A stretch of 63,879 bases of DNA, filler included, from Aduncisulcus paluster (lineage: Eukaryota), in NCBI GenBank assembly GCA_024181965.1. It is 35 parts of 35 records of this genome, joined end to end, with 100 filler letters (N's around TTAATTAATTAA, not from the genome) between each part and the next. Parts side by side here need not be neighbours in the genome. Positions count along the whole stretch, not along the records: positions 36,267 to 37,624 come from BQXS01010275.1; positions 37,725 to 39,079 come from BQXS01010276.1; positions 39,180 to 40,444 come from BQXS01010277.1; positions 40,545 to 46,031 come from BQXS01010278.1; positions 46,132 to 48,116 come from BQXS01010279.1; 30 more parts are not named here. One strand, given 5' to 3'. Shown piece by piece: positions 36,333-47,631 of the stretch. Numbering within the stretch: position 1 is the first letter of the stretch; every line of letters starts with the position of its first letter. The notes beneath the pieces are model-generated. The model was not told where the DNA came from. It searched no databases and saw only the letters and a program-made list of their open reading frames with translations. The position numbers were made by a program, and so were the translations under genes.

Positions 36333-36912
36333 CTATAACCAGGGAAGCATCGATAATCGTTCAATTGTTGCAAGTTCAGCTTTCGTTTTCTCTTGTTCTT
36401 TGTCAATCACGAATCGAATGCCAGAAAAAGAAATCATTTCTTGTCTTCCATTCAATGACGATATAACATGAATATCACAAGAAATAACATTATCAATATC
36501 TATCGGGAATTCTTGCCAGAAATTATGCCGTGGTGTTATCTCCCCCATTTGATATTCTTTTGTAATCTTCTTTCCATCAGATGTTGTGAATATAGCATTG
36601 AAATCTTTGATTCCCTGTGACCAATTATGATGACTTACAACTAACTTACTGAGATAATGTGGCGAAATAAATGGGAGATGTAGGGATGGATAGAAAGATA
36701 TATTCCTTTTGCCCTTTAAGAATCTCGTAATCATTATCAGTCCAAGTTATCCTATAGTTGGTATAGAAATCCCCATGTGCTTTGGATCCGTCAATTTCAG
36801 ATAATTCTGGATAGCCAACAGGATAAGGTCCTTTGTATATCTCAGAGATATCTGAACCCTCGGTAAAAACCAGAATAATTTTTCCTACAATTCTCATTCT
36901 GTATTCACACAA
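36333..36912 (-). pseudogene. Divergent single-domain member of the expanded family, frameshifted near 36740
   Basis: FLKGK…SLHLPF…FTTSDGKKITKEY…WQEFPIDIDNVISCDI; the N-terminal part lies in another frame. Confidence 0.6.
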
Positions 36913-37042
36913 TTAACCTGCTAAATCAGAATAAAAAGGAGATAAAACCACAAAAAATTAATCAATAATTAATTTATAATTGTAATACACCAGCAATACG
37001 AAGAAAATCTGAATTTTGAAAAAATGATGAATGGTCACGATT

Positions 37043-37555
37043 TTATTTGAGATAAAATTCACCAATCCCTATGCAACAGGCAAATACATGAGACAAACAC
37101 TGGGAGTGAACTTTTAATTTCTCGGAAATGGTTTTCAACTGTTGTTGAATATCTTCAAGATAATTTTTATGAAGTTTTGATGGAAGCGTACCTTCATTTC
37201 GAGAGTCTGATCGAAGCTTGGAAATTGGTGGAGAAACTTGGAATTCTAATTTTGTTTTGGCCATCCCTTCTATCATTTTTATCTGTTGGAAACTATTCTT
37301 GACCTTTGTATACGCTTTCACTCTTGTACTCGAAGTACAAGATGAGCGGATAAAAACTCGAAATTTCACACTTGCACAATCATGATTTCTGGCACAAAAT
37401 TCTTTAAAACGGTGAAATCTGTTCCTAACTAAACAGCAGCAACAATCTCTCATTTTATGCCATCTTTCAGAAGGAGCATTTCCAAATAAATCGAGACATT
37501 TCGCATTAAATCCATTCAAAAACTCTCCGCTGCGTTTGTGGTCACTCACATTCAT
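37043..37555 (-). CDS. Hypothetical protein fragment
   Basis: 170-aa ORF; no motif recognised. Confidence 0.4.
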   Translation of the reverse strand: MNVSDHKRSGEFLNGFNAKCLDLFGNAPSERWHKMRDCCCCLVRNRFHRFKEFCARNHDCASVKFRVFIRSSCTSSTRVKAYTKVKNSFQQIKMIEGMAKTKLEFQVSPPISKLRSDSRNEGTLPSKLHKNYLEDIQQQLKTISEKLKVHSQCLSHVFACCIGIGEFYLK

Positions 37556-37725
37556 GGAAAAACCTTTACATTTTTGAGGAGGAGGTGATTTCTTGGGTGA
37601 TATTGAAGGTAGATATTTCTTATGNNNNNNNNNNNNNNNNNNNNNNNNNNNNNNNNNNNNNNNNNNNNTTAATTAATTAANNNNNNNNNNNNNNNNNNNN
37701 NNNNNNNNNNNNNNNNNNNNNNNNC

Positions 37726-39079
37726 ACAGTACAATGTATATTAGACACTGGTGCGTCGAGTTCTGTCATCTCAAGGAGGTTAGTTCATTTATTAGGGATA
37801 AAAATCCAAGAGTCTACAATTAACGAAGTGTTCCTTGCTGATGGGAGTCCCATAGCCGTTTTGGGTACCGTAAAAATTCATACCTCGCTCCCCGGAGTCG
37901 ATGGAATGAGTATGGAGTTTGAAGAGATTTGTTTGGTTATAGAAATGAAAGGCAACAAACAAGTTGAATTTTTGATCGGTAAGGAGAGAATTCTCAAAAA
38001 TGATTTACTCGACTGGCTGCAAGAGTTGCCAGAAGAAGACGACGTTCTCATTGAAGATGAATTAAACAAGGAGATTGTCTCGCCTTTCGATTTGGACAAC
38101 GGCTTATGGACTTGCGAAATACCAGAATTACACAGCAAAATTGATTCTTTACTTCAGGGTTATTGTATGAAAATTGACAAAAACAAACCCGCCTCGGTCC
38201 CGGAGTTTAGTCTAAACTTCCCAGAAGACCGGAAACCTATCGCCCTTAAATGCAGAAAAGTTCCGTTTCATTTGCAGAATGAAGTTAGGGGTTGGATCGA
38301 CGAGTTACTTGATTCACATTTTATTGTTCCCTCGAGGAGCGAGTTTGCAGCCCCTATTGTTTTAGTCAGAAAGCCAAATGGAGGCCTCCGACTATGTTGC
38401 GATTATACTTTGCTCAACAGGGTCACTCCGAACGACGAGTATCCAATTCCACGGCAAGACATGCTTTTCTCCGCCTTGGAAGGTAAATCTATCTTTGCTG
38501 CTCTTGATCTCAAGAACGGGTACTTCAATATCGCGGTGGACAAGAAGTCAAGACATCAAACGGCATTTATCACGCCGTGGGGTCTGTTCGAATGGAACAG
38601 GATGCCATTCGGCCTTAAGTCAGCACCCGCTCACTTTCAGCGGTGCCTGAACGCGATCTTCAAAGGTATGATGCCTCAGAAGTGCCTCATTTATTTAGAC
38701 GATATTCTTGTCTTCGGAAGCAATGAAGAGGAATTCTTAAATAATTTAGCCAGTGTTTTGTCCAGGCTGGCAGAATACAATCTTTTCTTGAACTTGGAAA
38801 AATGCAAGATAGGTGTACGGAGAGTCCGTTACTTAGGGTTCTTTATTTCAGAAAAAGGCCGCTCAGTTGATCCGAAACGTCTAGAAGTCATGCGACAAAT
38901 ATCCCCACCAACGTCGCTAAAAGAGCTCCAGGCACTAGTTGGTAAGCTCAATTTCCTCCGCGAGTTCATCCCTGATTACTCCAGAGCTGCTGAACCTTTG
39001 ACTCGAATAATGCGGAAAGGTTATTCGATAAGTGAGTGGAAGGAGGAACAATCAACCGCTTGGGCAAAAATTTTAGATC
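37726..39079 (+). mobile_element. pol: Ty3/Gypsy pol fragment (aspartic protease + RT)
   Basis: ILDTGASSSVIS protease site upstream of the track start; RLCCDY, LDLKNGY, MPFGLKSAP, YLDD. Confidence 0.95.
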
Positions 39080-39420
39080 NNNNNNNNNNNNNNNNNNNNN
39101 NNNNNNNNNNNNNNNNNNNNNNNTTAATTAATTAANNNNNNNNNNNNNNNNNNNNNNNNNNNNNNNNNNNNNNNNNNNNAATTCAATATTGAAGTGAAGA
39201 TATTGAAGGATATTTCACATGAAAAAGTGTGCAAAGGTTGTGACCTGTTTATTTGCTATTCTACACATAAAAAGATTGCAAAGGAAATGAAGAAAAAAAC
39301 AAAACACGAATATTGCTGTTTGTATATTCCTTTCCCAAGGGGCTCATTCAAGTAGGAAGTCAAAAAGTTACTCCGTTTAAACCTCGTGTAAAATAAGTAA
39401 ATTTGCTACTAGCAGTATGG

Positions 39421-39565
39421 TGTGGTATAATAATGCATATTTTAGTGCCATTATTTATACATGAGGTTATTTTATTATTATTTATCCGTCCCCATGGTAA
39501 GATTTATGCAGCATTGTATTTTAGTAAATTGTATCACCGGCACTTTGCTAATCTACGATATCACA
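39421..39565 (+). mobile_element. Putative 5' LTR of family A (145 bp)
   Basis: Near-inverted termini TGTGGTAT…ATATCACA, ending 59 nt upstream of a gag-like ATG. Confidence 0.7.
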
Positions 39566-39624
39566 GTTAATTAACTTTAATCCAGATTGATATTAAACTA
39601 AGTTTACTTTAAACTTGGAAAATT

Positions 39625-39893
39625 ATGACCGTACCTGACAAAACAAAATTTTTGTTAAAAGGAACGAACGCTGATAATTGGCAGGACTTTAAAGATGGTT
39701 ATGAAGAATATTCTTTACAAGGAGGAAAACTTCAAATGTTTAAATTAATTCCAAGAACTCATATATTGTCCCTTATGACCAAAGTTAAAATGACCCGCTT
39801 AACATCGAAGAATATTGAAGACTTCTATAAAAAGGTTGAAAAATCTTTTCAAACAACTAATTTGAGAGAGCTGTATCACCAACTGGAAGTTCT
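39625..39893 (+). mobile_element. gag: Gag N-terminus of family A, interrupted by an insertion
   Basis: LKGTNADNWQDFKDGYEEYSLQGG resembles LKEINVAKYQKFLSDFKAYVARGG in the RT-linked ORF 46696-47409. Confidence 0.65.
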
Positions 39894-40159
39894 TGTGGTG
39901 ACCATTCTCAGGGACATTCTAAAAATAGATTGGTTCTGTTGTGACGTAGAATTATCATTATTATTATTATTATTATCATTATTATTATTATTATTATTGT
40001 TCTCACCGTCTAATTATAGATACCTATTTATAGATGAACCTTGTTTGTTTTTATTTAATAAATTGTACCTTAGCGTTAGCACCGTGCTAACCTGTGACAG
40101 GTTCGCTCGAGATCTGTTTATTAATAAATTGGACCGCATTATCGTATAGTTTGGCCACA
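39894..40159 (+). mobile_element. 5' LTR of family B (98 bp), split by a solo LTR
   Basis: TGTGG…CCACA termini. 39894-39936 plus 40105-40159 matches the reverse complement of 40292-40389 at 96/98. Confidence 0.85.
39937..40099. mobile_element. Solo LTR of family C (163 bp) with a 5-bp target-site duplication GGTTC
   Basis: TGT…ACA termini; GGTTC at 39932-39936 and 40100-40104; internal (TTA)n. Confidence 0.85.
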
Positions 40160-40291
40160 TTTTGATCAAAATCATATCAAACTACCTTTACTATATAATT
40201 GACGCCAAAATTTTTCTGTTAAAATGGTACAAACAAGAAGCCAATTGAAAAACGCCAATATTGATAATAATGATGAAGAATTTGAAATTGT

Positions 40292-40444
40292 TGTGGCCAA
40301 ACTAAACTATAATGCGGTCCAATTTATTAATAAACAGATCTCGAGCGAACCAATCTATTTTTAGAATGTCCCTGAGAATGGTCACCACATCCTCCTCTCA
40401 CTTGAAGAGGTCATCTCATGGCCGAAACCCTGTTCTCCTCTTCG
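40292..40444 (-). mobile_element. 3' LTR (40292-40389) plus polypurine tract of a second family-B copy in opposite orientation
   Basis: The minus strand reads GAGAGGAGGA|TGTGGTGACC…TTGGCCACA. Confidence 0.85.
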
Positions 40445-40544
40445 NNNNNNNNNNNNNNNNNNNNNNNNNNNNNNNNNNNNNNNNNNNNTTAATTAATTAA
40501 NNNNNNNNNNNNNNNNNNNNNNNNNNNNNNNNNNNNNNNNNNNN

Positions 40545-41381
40545 GTAAGATCTTCTCCGGCAATGTCTTCGTATTCTTCCACGTCACGCGCATCAAATTC
40601 CATGGATAAAAATGAAAAGTTTTGTTCATTTCTTCACCCTTCGTCTGCCTTTATTGTTCCCTCGACCACCTCAACGTCTTCCTCCTCTTCCTCCTCTTCC
40701 TCCTCTTCCTCCTCTTTCTCTTCTTTCTCACCTTCTGGCCATATTCCGGCATTCTCATCCCAACCGATGGGAACACCTGGCATGCTGCCACACCATCCAG
40801 GACCTCTTCAACCTTCGCCTTTCACCGGTCCTCCCTCTTCTCTCCCCCCCTCTTCCTCTTCTTCCTTCCCTTTATCAATCCAGGAAGTTACTTGCCTTAT
40901 CGACGTGTTCCATTCTTTTACTCAGCAGGAAACGACTGTGGCAAGGTTGGCGAAAGGAGTTGTCAGCGTCGAAAGTAAGTTGGCCAAGAATGTTGGAGAA
41001 GTCGATGAAGATGTCAGCGAGGTTCATTACATTGCTCTGGGCATTCTTGGAATATTGTATTCACATGTGTTTGCCGGAATTGACGAATCAAACACTCGTC
41101 GAAATGATAAGTTTGGTGGAAAACGGGATAGAATAGCTTCACCTCCAAAACTTCGACTCGATCCAGACGCTAGCAAAGGAATGGGGGCGACCAAAGTGAA
41201 AGAAAGTGATAATATCGTGAGGGAATGTCGTGTTGCCCTAATGGCTCTTAGGAAGGAGCTTATGGAGAAAAGAAAGGGTGTAGATGGCAGTGTCGTGTGT
41301 GTTTATGACCAAGTATTGAGTATGGTCGAAAGAGGATTGAAATTATGCAGGATAAAAGAGAAACGTATAAATATTAAATAA
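40545..41381 (+). CDS. Hypothetical protein C-terminus with poly-Ser
   Basis: 272-aa ORF starting near the contig edge. Confidence 0.6.
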   Translation, partial: VRSSPAMSSYSSTSRASNSMDKNEKFCSFLHPSSAFIVPSTTSTSSSSSSSSSSSSSFSSFSPSGHIPAFSSQPMGTPGMLPHHPGPLQPSPFTGPPSSLPPSSSSSFPLSIQEVTCLIDVFHSFTQQETTVARLAKGVVSVESKLAKNVGEVDEDVSEVHYIALGILGILYSHVFAGIDESNTRRNDKFGGKRDRIASPPKLRLDPDASKGMGATKVKESDNIVRECRVALMALRKELMEKRKGVDGSVVCVYDQVLSMVERGLKLCRIKEKRINIK

Positions 41382-42146
41382 AAGTATGTAAAATAGGAAC
41401 GATTTATCCCAAATTCGATATATTTCGAGCATTTATTTCAAAATATTTTCTTGCAAATGTTATTAATCGTTTAATTCGGTCAGAAACAAAAATCGTAATC
41501 TATCCGCCTACCCTTACTGTTCCCACACCATCTTCCATCTCCACTCCATTCTTCATATAACTGTCCATATATCCAATCTTTTTATTCCTGCCCAATCATG
41601 CCCCAATAAGCTCTACAGCATCTCGACGATTTTCCATTCTTNNNNNNNNNNNNNNNNNNNNTAAATAAAAGTATGTAAAATAGGAACGATTTATCCCAAA
41701 TTCGATATATTTCGAGCATTTATTTCAAAATATTTTCTTGCAAATGTTATTAATCGTTTAATTCGGTCAGAAACAAAAATCGTAATCTATCCGCCTACCC
41801 TTACTGTTCCCACACCATCTTCCATCTCCACTCCATTCTTCATATAACTGTCCATATATCCAATCTTTTTATTCCTGCCCAATCATGCCCCAATAAGCTC
41901 TACAGCATCTCGACGATTTTCCATTCTTTCTTTGTTGCTTGACAAGAAATTTATATCGTTTCAATTCTCTCTTGTGCATGTTGTCGTAGTCAAAATACTT
42001 GTTGTCAGCATAGATTCTCCATTCGTTGGCCTTGTCAAATCAATTTTGTCTCGATTTTCATTTATTGGCCGTGTTTGTGTTCCCAGTGGCATTTCTTTTT
42101 TTTCGACACATCCACATTTTAACCACATACAGTATTATAATATCTT

Positions 42147-42944
42147 ATGGATCCATTTGACGACGAATTCTTTACATCTCCTTTTGGTTCTTTTGGTTCT
42201 TTTGGGTTTGGTGATTCCTTCTTTGGTCGCCGTGGCCGTCGAGACCATCACCGTTCCCAGAGAGCCCCACGTACCCAACCACATATCGAGGAAGTTGCTG
42301 AGCCTGGAGAGTCTCACTTCGATGAGTCTAGATCCCACCAAGGCCCCACTCATGTTCAAGAGCCTGGTGATGATCCTTTCCACCACGAATCCCATGGTGG
42401 TGGGACATACTATGACGATGATTATGACACCCATCGAGGCCATCGTGACCAAGGAGTCTTTGGACATTCCATGCTTGATCGGATGGGGTTTGGGATGCCA
42501 TCGATGTTCAGATCAGACTTCATGAGCGATTTCCCTTCTTTCGACCAGATCGACCCGAGTCGTGGCGACGTGTACTATTCCTCTTCTTCGAGCATGGCGA
42601 CGAACTCGAATGGAGTGACCGAGATGCATCACGCCTCGACCGATTCACGAACGGGAAAGATGACCGAGAAGCATGGGCGAAAGATTGGCGATCGTTCCAT
42701 TGTGACGGAGCTGTCCAGGGACATGCGTTCTGGCGAGGAACGACGAGAGAGACGTCTTGCCAATGTGAAGGAGGATGAGGTTGATTCCTTTGAGCGTGAT
42801 TGGAGGGACACACGTGGAGCCTTCAGATCCATCGGGTATGACAGTGCACCGAGTGGACACACACGTGCGTTGGGAGGTCCCGATGGAAGTTCTCGTGCAG
42901 ACAAGCCATCATCCTCGAGGAAAGGGAGGAAAGAGAGGAAGTGA
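42147..42944 (+). CDS. MLF: Myeloid leukemia factor (MLF) family protein
   Basis: M/F/G-rich N-terminus, YYSSSSSM, DSRTGKM…GRKIGDRS, SGEE…NVKEDEVDSFERDW. Confidence 0.8.
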   Translation: MDPFDDEFFTSPFGSFGSFGFGDSFFGRRGRRDHHRSQRAPRTQPHIEEVAEPGESHFDESRSHQGPTHVQEPGDDPFHHESHGGGTYYDDDYDTHRGHRDQGVFGHSMLDRMGFGMPSMFRSDFMSDFPSFDQIDPSRGDVYYSSSSSMATNSNGVTEMHHASTDSRTGKMTEKHGRKIGDRSIVTELSRDMRSGEERRERRLANVKEDEVDSFERDWRDTRGAFRSIGYDSAPSGHTRALGGPDGSSRADKPSSSRKGRKERK

Positions 42945-43467
42945 TCATGGGGATGCTGAGGGTGTTGTGATTCAATCACAGTGATTGTGCTGGAGATGGA
43001 AGGTTATATGGTGAGAAGATGGGAATGAATGTTATCTGGTTGGTCGAACTTTTTTTATTCCTTTCTCACGCATGGAGTGTCACATCTAAATAGTGAATGT
43101 CTTGTTTTTGTTTCGTTTAAGTCTAAATTTCTTGTATTCTCCAGACTATTACCTTTGAAAAATCTATATACTTTGATCTTCACAAGAATATTATCCAATT
43201 GCATGGCATTTAAAAAATACATTTCTGTCCATATTATGACATTTTTGGAAACCACAGTAAATGTTGATAATTTCCCATATCACACAAATTTAAAAGTAAT
43301 ATTTTGTTGTTTTTAATCTGTATTATTTGTAGATGGTTCGAAATTAATATGATTGCTCCCAGGACAGAGGGTACTCAGTTTAGATTCGATCAGAATGATT
43401 CTCTACAAGTCAAATTTATGGTTTTCTCGGATCACAGATTTAATAACAGGTTTAATTTTGTTTGAAA

Positions 43468-46031
43468 ATGAGTCAAAAGGTATGTTTTAATATTTTATAT
43501 GGACCATATATGGCTCATACAATACCATTTAGTTAATTCTTGAACATCCTTGTCTAATCGTTGGTATTTTTTGCATTTCTTGATATAGGTTGTATGTGAA
43601 TGCAAACATTATTTATAATTATTAATATTTTATGCAACTTATTCATTTATGGGATTGTTTTGCTTCAATAGAAAGCTATTAAATTGAATGAATATAAATA
43701 TCGTACGACTGGCCCGACTTCACAGGGCCCATCAATATTACTTCGTTTTGATAAGGATAAAGTTGTTATGGATGGTAGTGGAAGTAGTTATACGAATTGT
43801 GATGGAGAGAAATTTTCATCTTGTACCTTTTCATATATCTCCATTCCCTTCACTTCAGCTGTTCCGATGCAAGGAATCTATATTCTTGCGCATAATGATA
43901 CTGGGCCACCTTCTTTGGAGATCAAATTCACTCATTCTGATGGGAAAGTTACTTCTAGGGGTTATCAGTTTGAGAGTCATGGAAAAAAAGACAGAAAACA
44001 AAGTAATGGAGGTTATTCCCCTTCCGCTAATATCTGGCACTATCTCCCTGTTGATCTTTCTGTTGTTAAGTGTGAGATTAATGGAAGAGGAACGTGGAAA
44101 GATTATTATCCAAAAGCTGGAGCCAAAACATCCATACGACAAATGTTTTTTGTTCGAGGTGAAACTGCCCGTGAAACTGAACTTCGTGAATTAGTTGAGA
44201 AGAAATCTACTGAAATGGTATGTTAACATTTTGTTTGTAGTTGTTTTTATCAAGTTATATTTATTGACTATATTGTTAATCCAATGATCTCATTCGCAAT
44301 TTTGGTTTTCAATAGCTTATTCTTAAATCTGAATTTTCAAAAGAAGGAGATTCCCATAACCCACCTATTTCTTATTCAGATCCAACAATCCTTCTAACTG
44401 ATGTTAAAAGAGTGAGTGGGGAAGTTGAAGACGAAAAAGGAGTGTCTAAACCTTCTGATGTGACACCTTCTTTGCAAAAAATGTTGAAAGGAGAGGGGCG
44501 ATGTTGCTTTAACCGTATTTCTCTTCCATTTTCTCTTGTATCAGAATTGAAGGGTGTTTATATATGCCTTGCTGCTTTTCAATCCGTTTCTCTTTTCTTC
44601 TTTTTCACTCATTCTGATGGTTCAAAGTCACACATCAAATATAATATTAATGAAGGATCTCGAATAATATGGCCCAAATGGTATTTTCTTAGTATTGACT
44701 TGGTTGATGTTGTGAAATGTGATATTGTTGGTTCAAGAAGTGAGGCATTTTTTGGAGTATCTCTATCATTTATTATGGCTTGTGGATTGGTTTTTGTCCG
44801 AAAAGAATCTCACAAAGAGAGACTAATTGCCCAAAAGATGGGTACTTGTAAACCAATTGTATGTTAATTATTATTCTCTAATATTTGTATTATTAAATGA
44901 AATATATATTATAATTCAACCATTTATTCATCCTTCCATACAATTTAATCATTGTTTCATTTTTAAGAGCCTCGAAAAATATTTTTCCACAGGATCACAT
45001 TGTAACCCACCAATTTCTTACTTAAATTCAACGATTATTCCTCTTACCATTGATGATATCAGTGGCTGTGATGATAATTGGGGGAAACAATCGAAGTTCT
45101 ATAATAAGACTGATGATATTCAGGGGGTTTTGAGAGATACCAAAGATTCATGCTGTTTCTCCCATCTTTATTTCCCCTTTTCTCCACCAATTCCCCAAAT
45201 GAAAGGTATTTATATGTGTTGTAATCATCATGATGGACCTAGATCATTGTTATTCTTTATAACCCAGTCAGACTCACAGTATAAGGTTAATGTGAAGGAA
45301 TTTTCTCTTCCTGAACCCAAAAATAGAAGTGAGTGGATCTTTCTTCCAATTGATCTCCCCAATGTTGTTCATTGTGAAATAAGACCCAAAGGAACTTGGA
45401 CTGTCAAAACTTCCCGCCGTTCCTATCTTGATGGTCTGATCTTTGTTCGAGCAGAAACTCCAAAAGAACTCCAAGATCGAAAAGCTAGAAAGAAGTCTAT
45501 TTCTGCTGCTGTATGTTTTGTATATTGTTTTAATTATTTGTTTCTATTGTTATTCTACTTCACTTCTTACATTTTCTTCATTCATCCCATTTCAATTTCA
45601 CCATTTCAATTCACCCCCTCACCCATTCATCCATCACTAGCCTTCCATCACAAGCACGCTCTACAGCCACAAAGATCGCCAACATCCACCCGTTGCACTC
45701 GATTCCACACAGACCATTCCCTTGAACGTTGCAGGATCAATTGCATGTGACGACTCGTTCTGCAAGGAATCTGACCGATTTGATAGGAGTTCAACCGTTC
45801 GACGCATGCTTCGAGGGGAGTGTTGTGCATCCTTCTCTCATCTTTCGATCCCCTTCCAAGACAAGTGTTGTCCCAAAGGTGTGTACATCTGCTTCAAGCA
45901 GAACAAGAAGACTCCTGCATTCAGATTCGTGTTCACTCACTCTGATGGGAAACAGACATTCATGAAGTGTGCCGTTGAAGACCTTGAGCACAAGCACGAA
46001 TGGCACTTCTTCCCAATGGATCTGTCTGATG
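43468..46031 (+). CDS. Four-domain member of the expanded family; introns 43480-43588, 43592-43671, 44218-44315, 44859-44967, 45511-45640 (3' partial)
   Basis: All introns are GTATGT…AG and phase 0. Splicing joins the ORFs at 43684, 44412, 44827 and 45722 in frame. Confidence 0.85.
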
Positions 46032-46131
46032 NNNNNNNNNNNNNNNNNNNNNNNNNNNNNNNNNNNNNNNNNNNNTTAATTAATTAANNNNNNNNNNNNN
46101 NNNNNNNNNNNNNNNNNNNNNNNNNNNNNNN

Positions 46132-47409
46132 CTTCCCAGGAACTCGATTGATCTGAAACCAAACTCACACTTACAAGCTTTTGCACGCAGATCTAATTCC
46201 TCGAATCTGGTTAAAACCCGCTCCAGATTTAAACAGAATTCCTCAATCGTTCGACCATAGATGATAATGTCATCGACAAATATGTTGCACACAGTAGGGA
46301 TCAGATCAGAAAACGCATTCATCATTGCTTGTTGAAAGTGAGCTGACGAGTTCCTTGTTCCGAAGGGCATTCTCGTATATTTAAATACCCCATATTTCGT
46401 TGTAAATGCCAGATACTTTTGGGATTCCTTCTCTACAGGTACTTGGTGAAATCCTGATCTGGCATCTATTTTCCCAAAGATGGCTTGTCCTTTCAACGAA
46501 TCAAGTAGTTCAGGTACAATTGGTAACGGGTACTGGAGAGGAACTGTGTTTCGATTTAATGGAATGTAGTTTACACACATCCTAGTACCACCACCAGGTT
46601 TTGGGACAAAAACAGGGGAACACACATAAGGAGAACTTTCTTTGACAATCAACCCTGATTCCAAACCTGAACTAATGTTGTCACGAAGAATCTTATCATA
46701 GGCGGGTGGAAAACGTCTCGGTTTGACACTCCAGACTGCTTTCGAATTGGTTAACTCCACACGGAACGGAGACAACATTAGTTAGTAGAGACATCAATGG
46801 TTTCTTCTTATCTGCCTCACTGGCATAGAACTTGAGGAGACGGCACACGGTAGAGGAGAGACAATGTTCAATAGGCTTCGATCCCCCCCTGGCTACATAG
46901 GCTTTGAAGTCTGATAAGAACTTTTGATACTTCGCCACATTAATCTCCTTCAGTACTGGAGGATCAAGAGCAACTGGCATATGTACACATGAGACAGAGC
47001 TTTTCGGAGGGACAGCTACAGGGTGGAAAAGAGAAGGTTCTAATTCATCTTTTGTGAGAGGATGTCGTCGAGCTTGCGTTAACTCAGGAAATTTCTCATC
47101 TTCTTCTGTTTTATCAAGCTTTTCAGACTCATGAGATTCAGAGAGAATATCTAATCGAATTCTTCTTTGCTCTTCTTTTAAATGATGATTTTGATCAACC
47201 ATGGATTTAAACATATCGATTAATCGATTCATGCCAGCATTTAAGGTCTCAATTTGCTGCTGCTGCTTAGCCAGCATAAGATCAATCTTTGATGGACTAC
47301 TAACGATGTCCGGGTTCTGGGTATCTAAAGTCGTCACCTCAGAGCGTCCCAGATGGCTTGAAGGCAGGGCTGCTGCCTTTTTAATAGGGGTTCTTTCTAA
47401 TATTGGCAT
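46132..47409 (-). mobile_element. Internally deleted Gypsy element: gag-like N-terminus joined out of frame to RT
   Basis: RT motifs RMCVNY, IDARSGFHQ, MPFG and FVDD begin about 50 aa after the gag-like motif; no knuckle or protease lies between them. Confidence 0.8.
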
Positions 47410-47631
47410 AAAGGAATATATAAATATGAAATAATTAAAATTAAAAGGTATTTTAACAATAATTAGAGTAAAATTTATTTAAAATTTCCATTTCAAATTT
47501 AGCTCGTTACAATTTGATTTAAATTTTATTTTCATATAGAAGGTAATGTTATGATTATTTTAATAAATTAATTATTTAATAATGTAAAAACCACTTGTTA
47601 TCCATTCGAGACATATTCAATCCTTGTTTGC

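Noticed and set aside
39894-40149. Poly-Leu membrane segment in ORF 39625-40149
   Set aside because: It is read-through into inserted LTRs and a (TTA)n microsatellite.
39894-40389. MITE with ~100-bp terminal inverted repeats
   Set aside because: Each arm has its own TGTGG…CCACA ends; one is preceded by a polypurine tract and the other is followed by a gag-like start. The flanks give only an imperfect TTCT/TCCT match. Two LTRs fit better.
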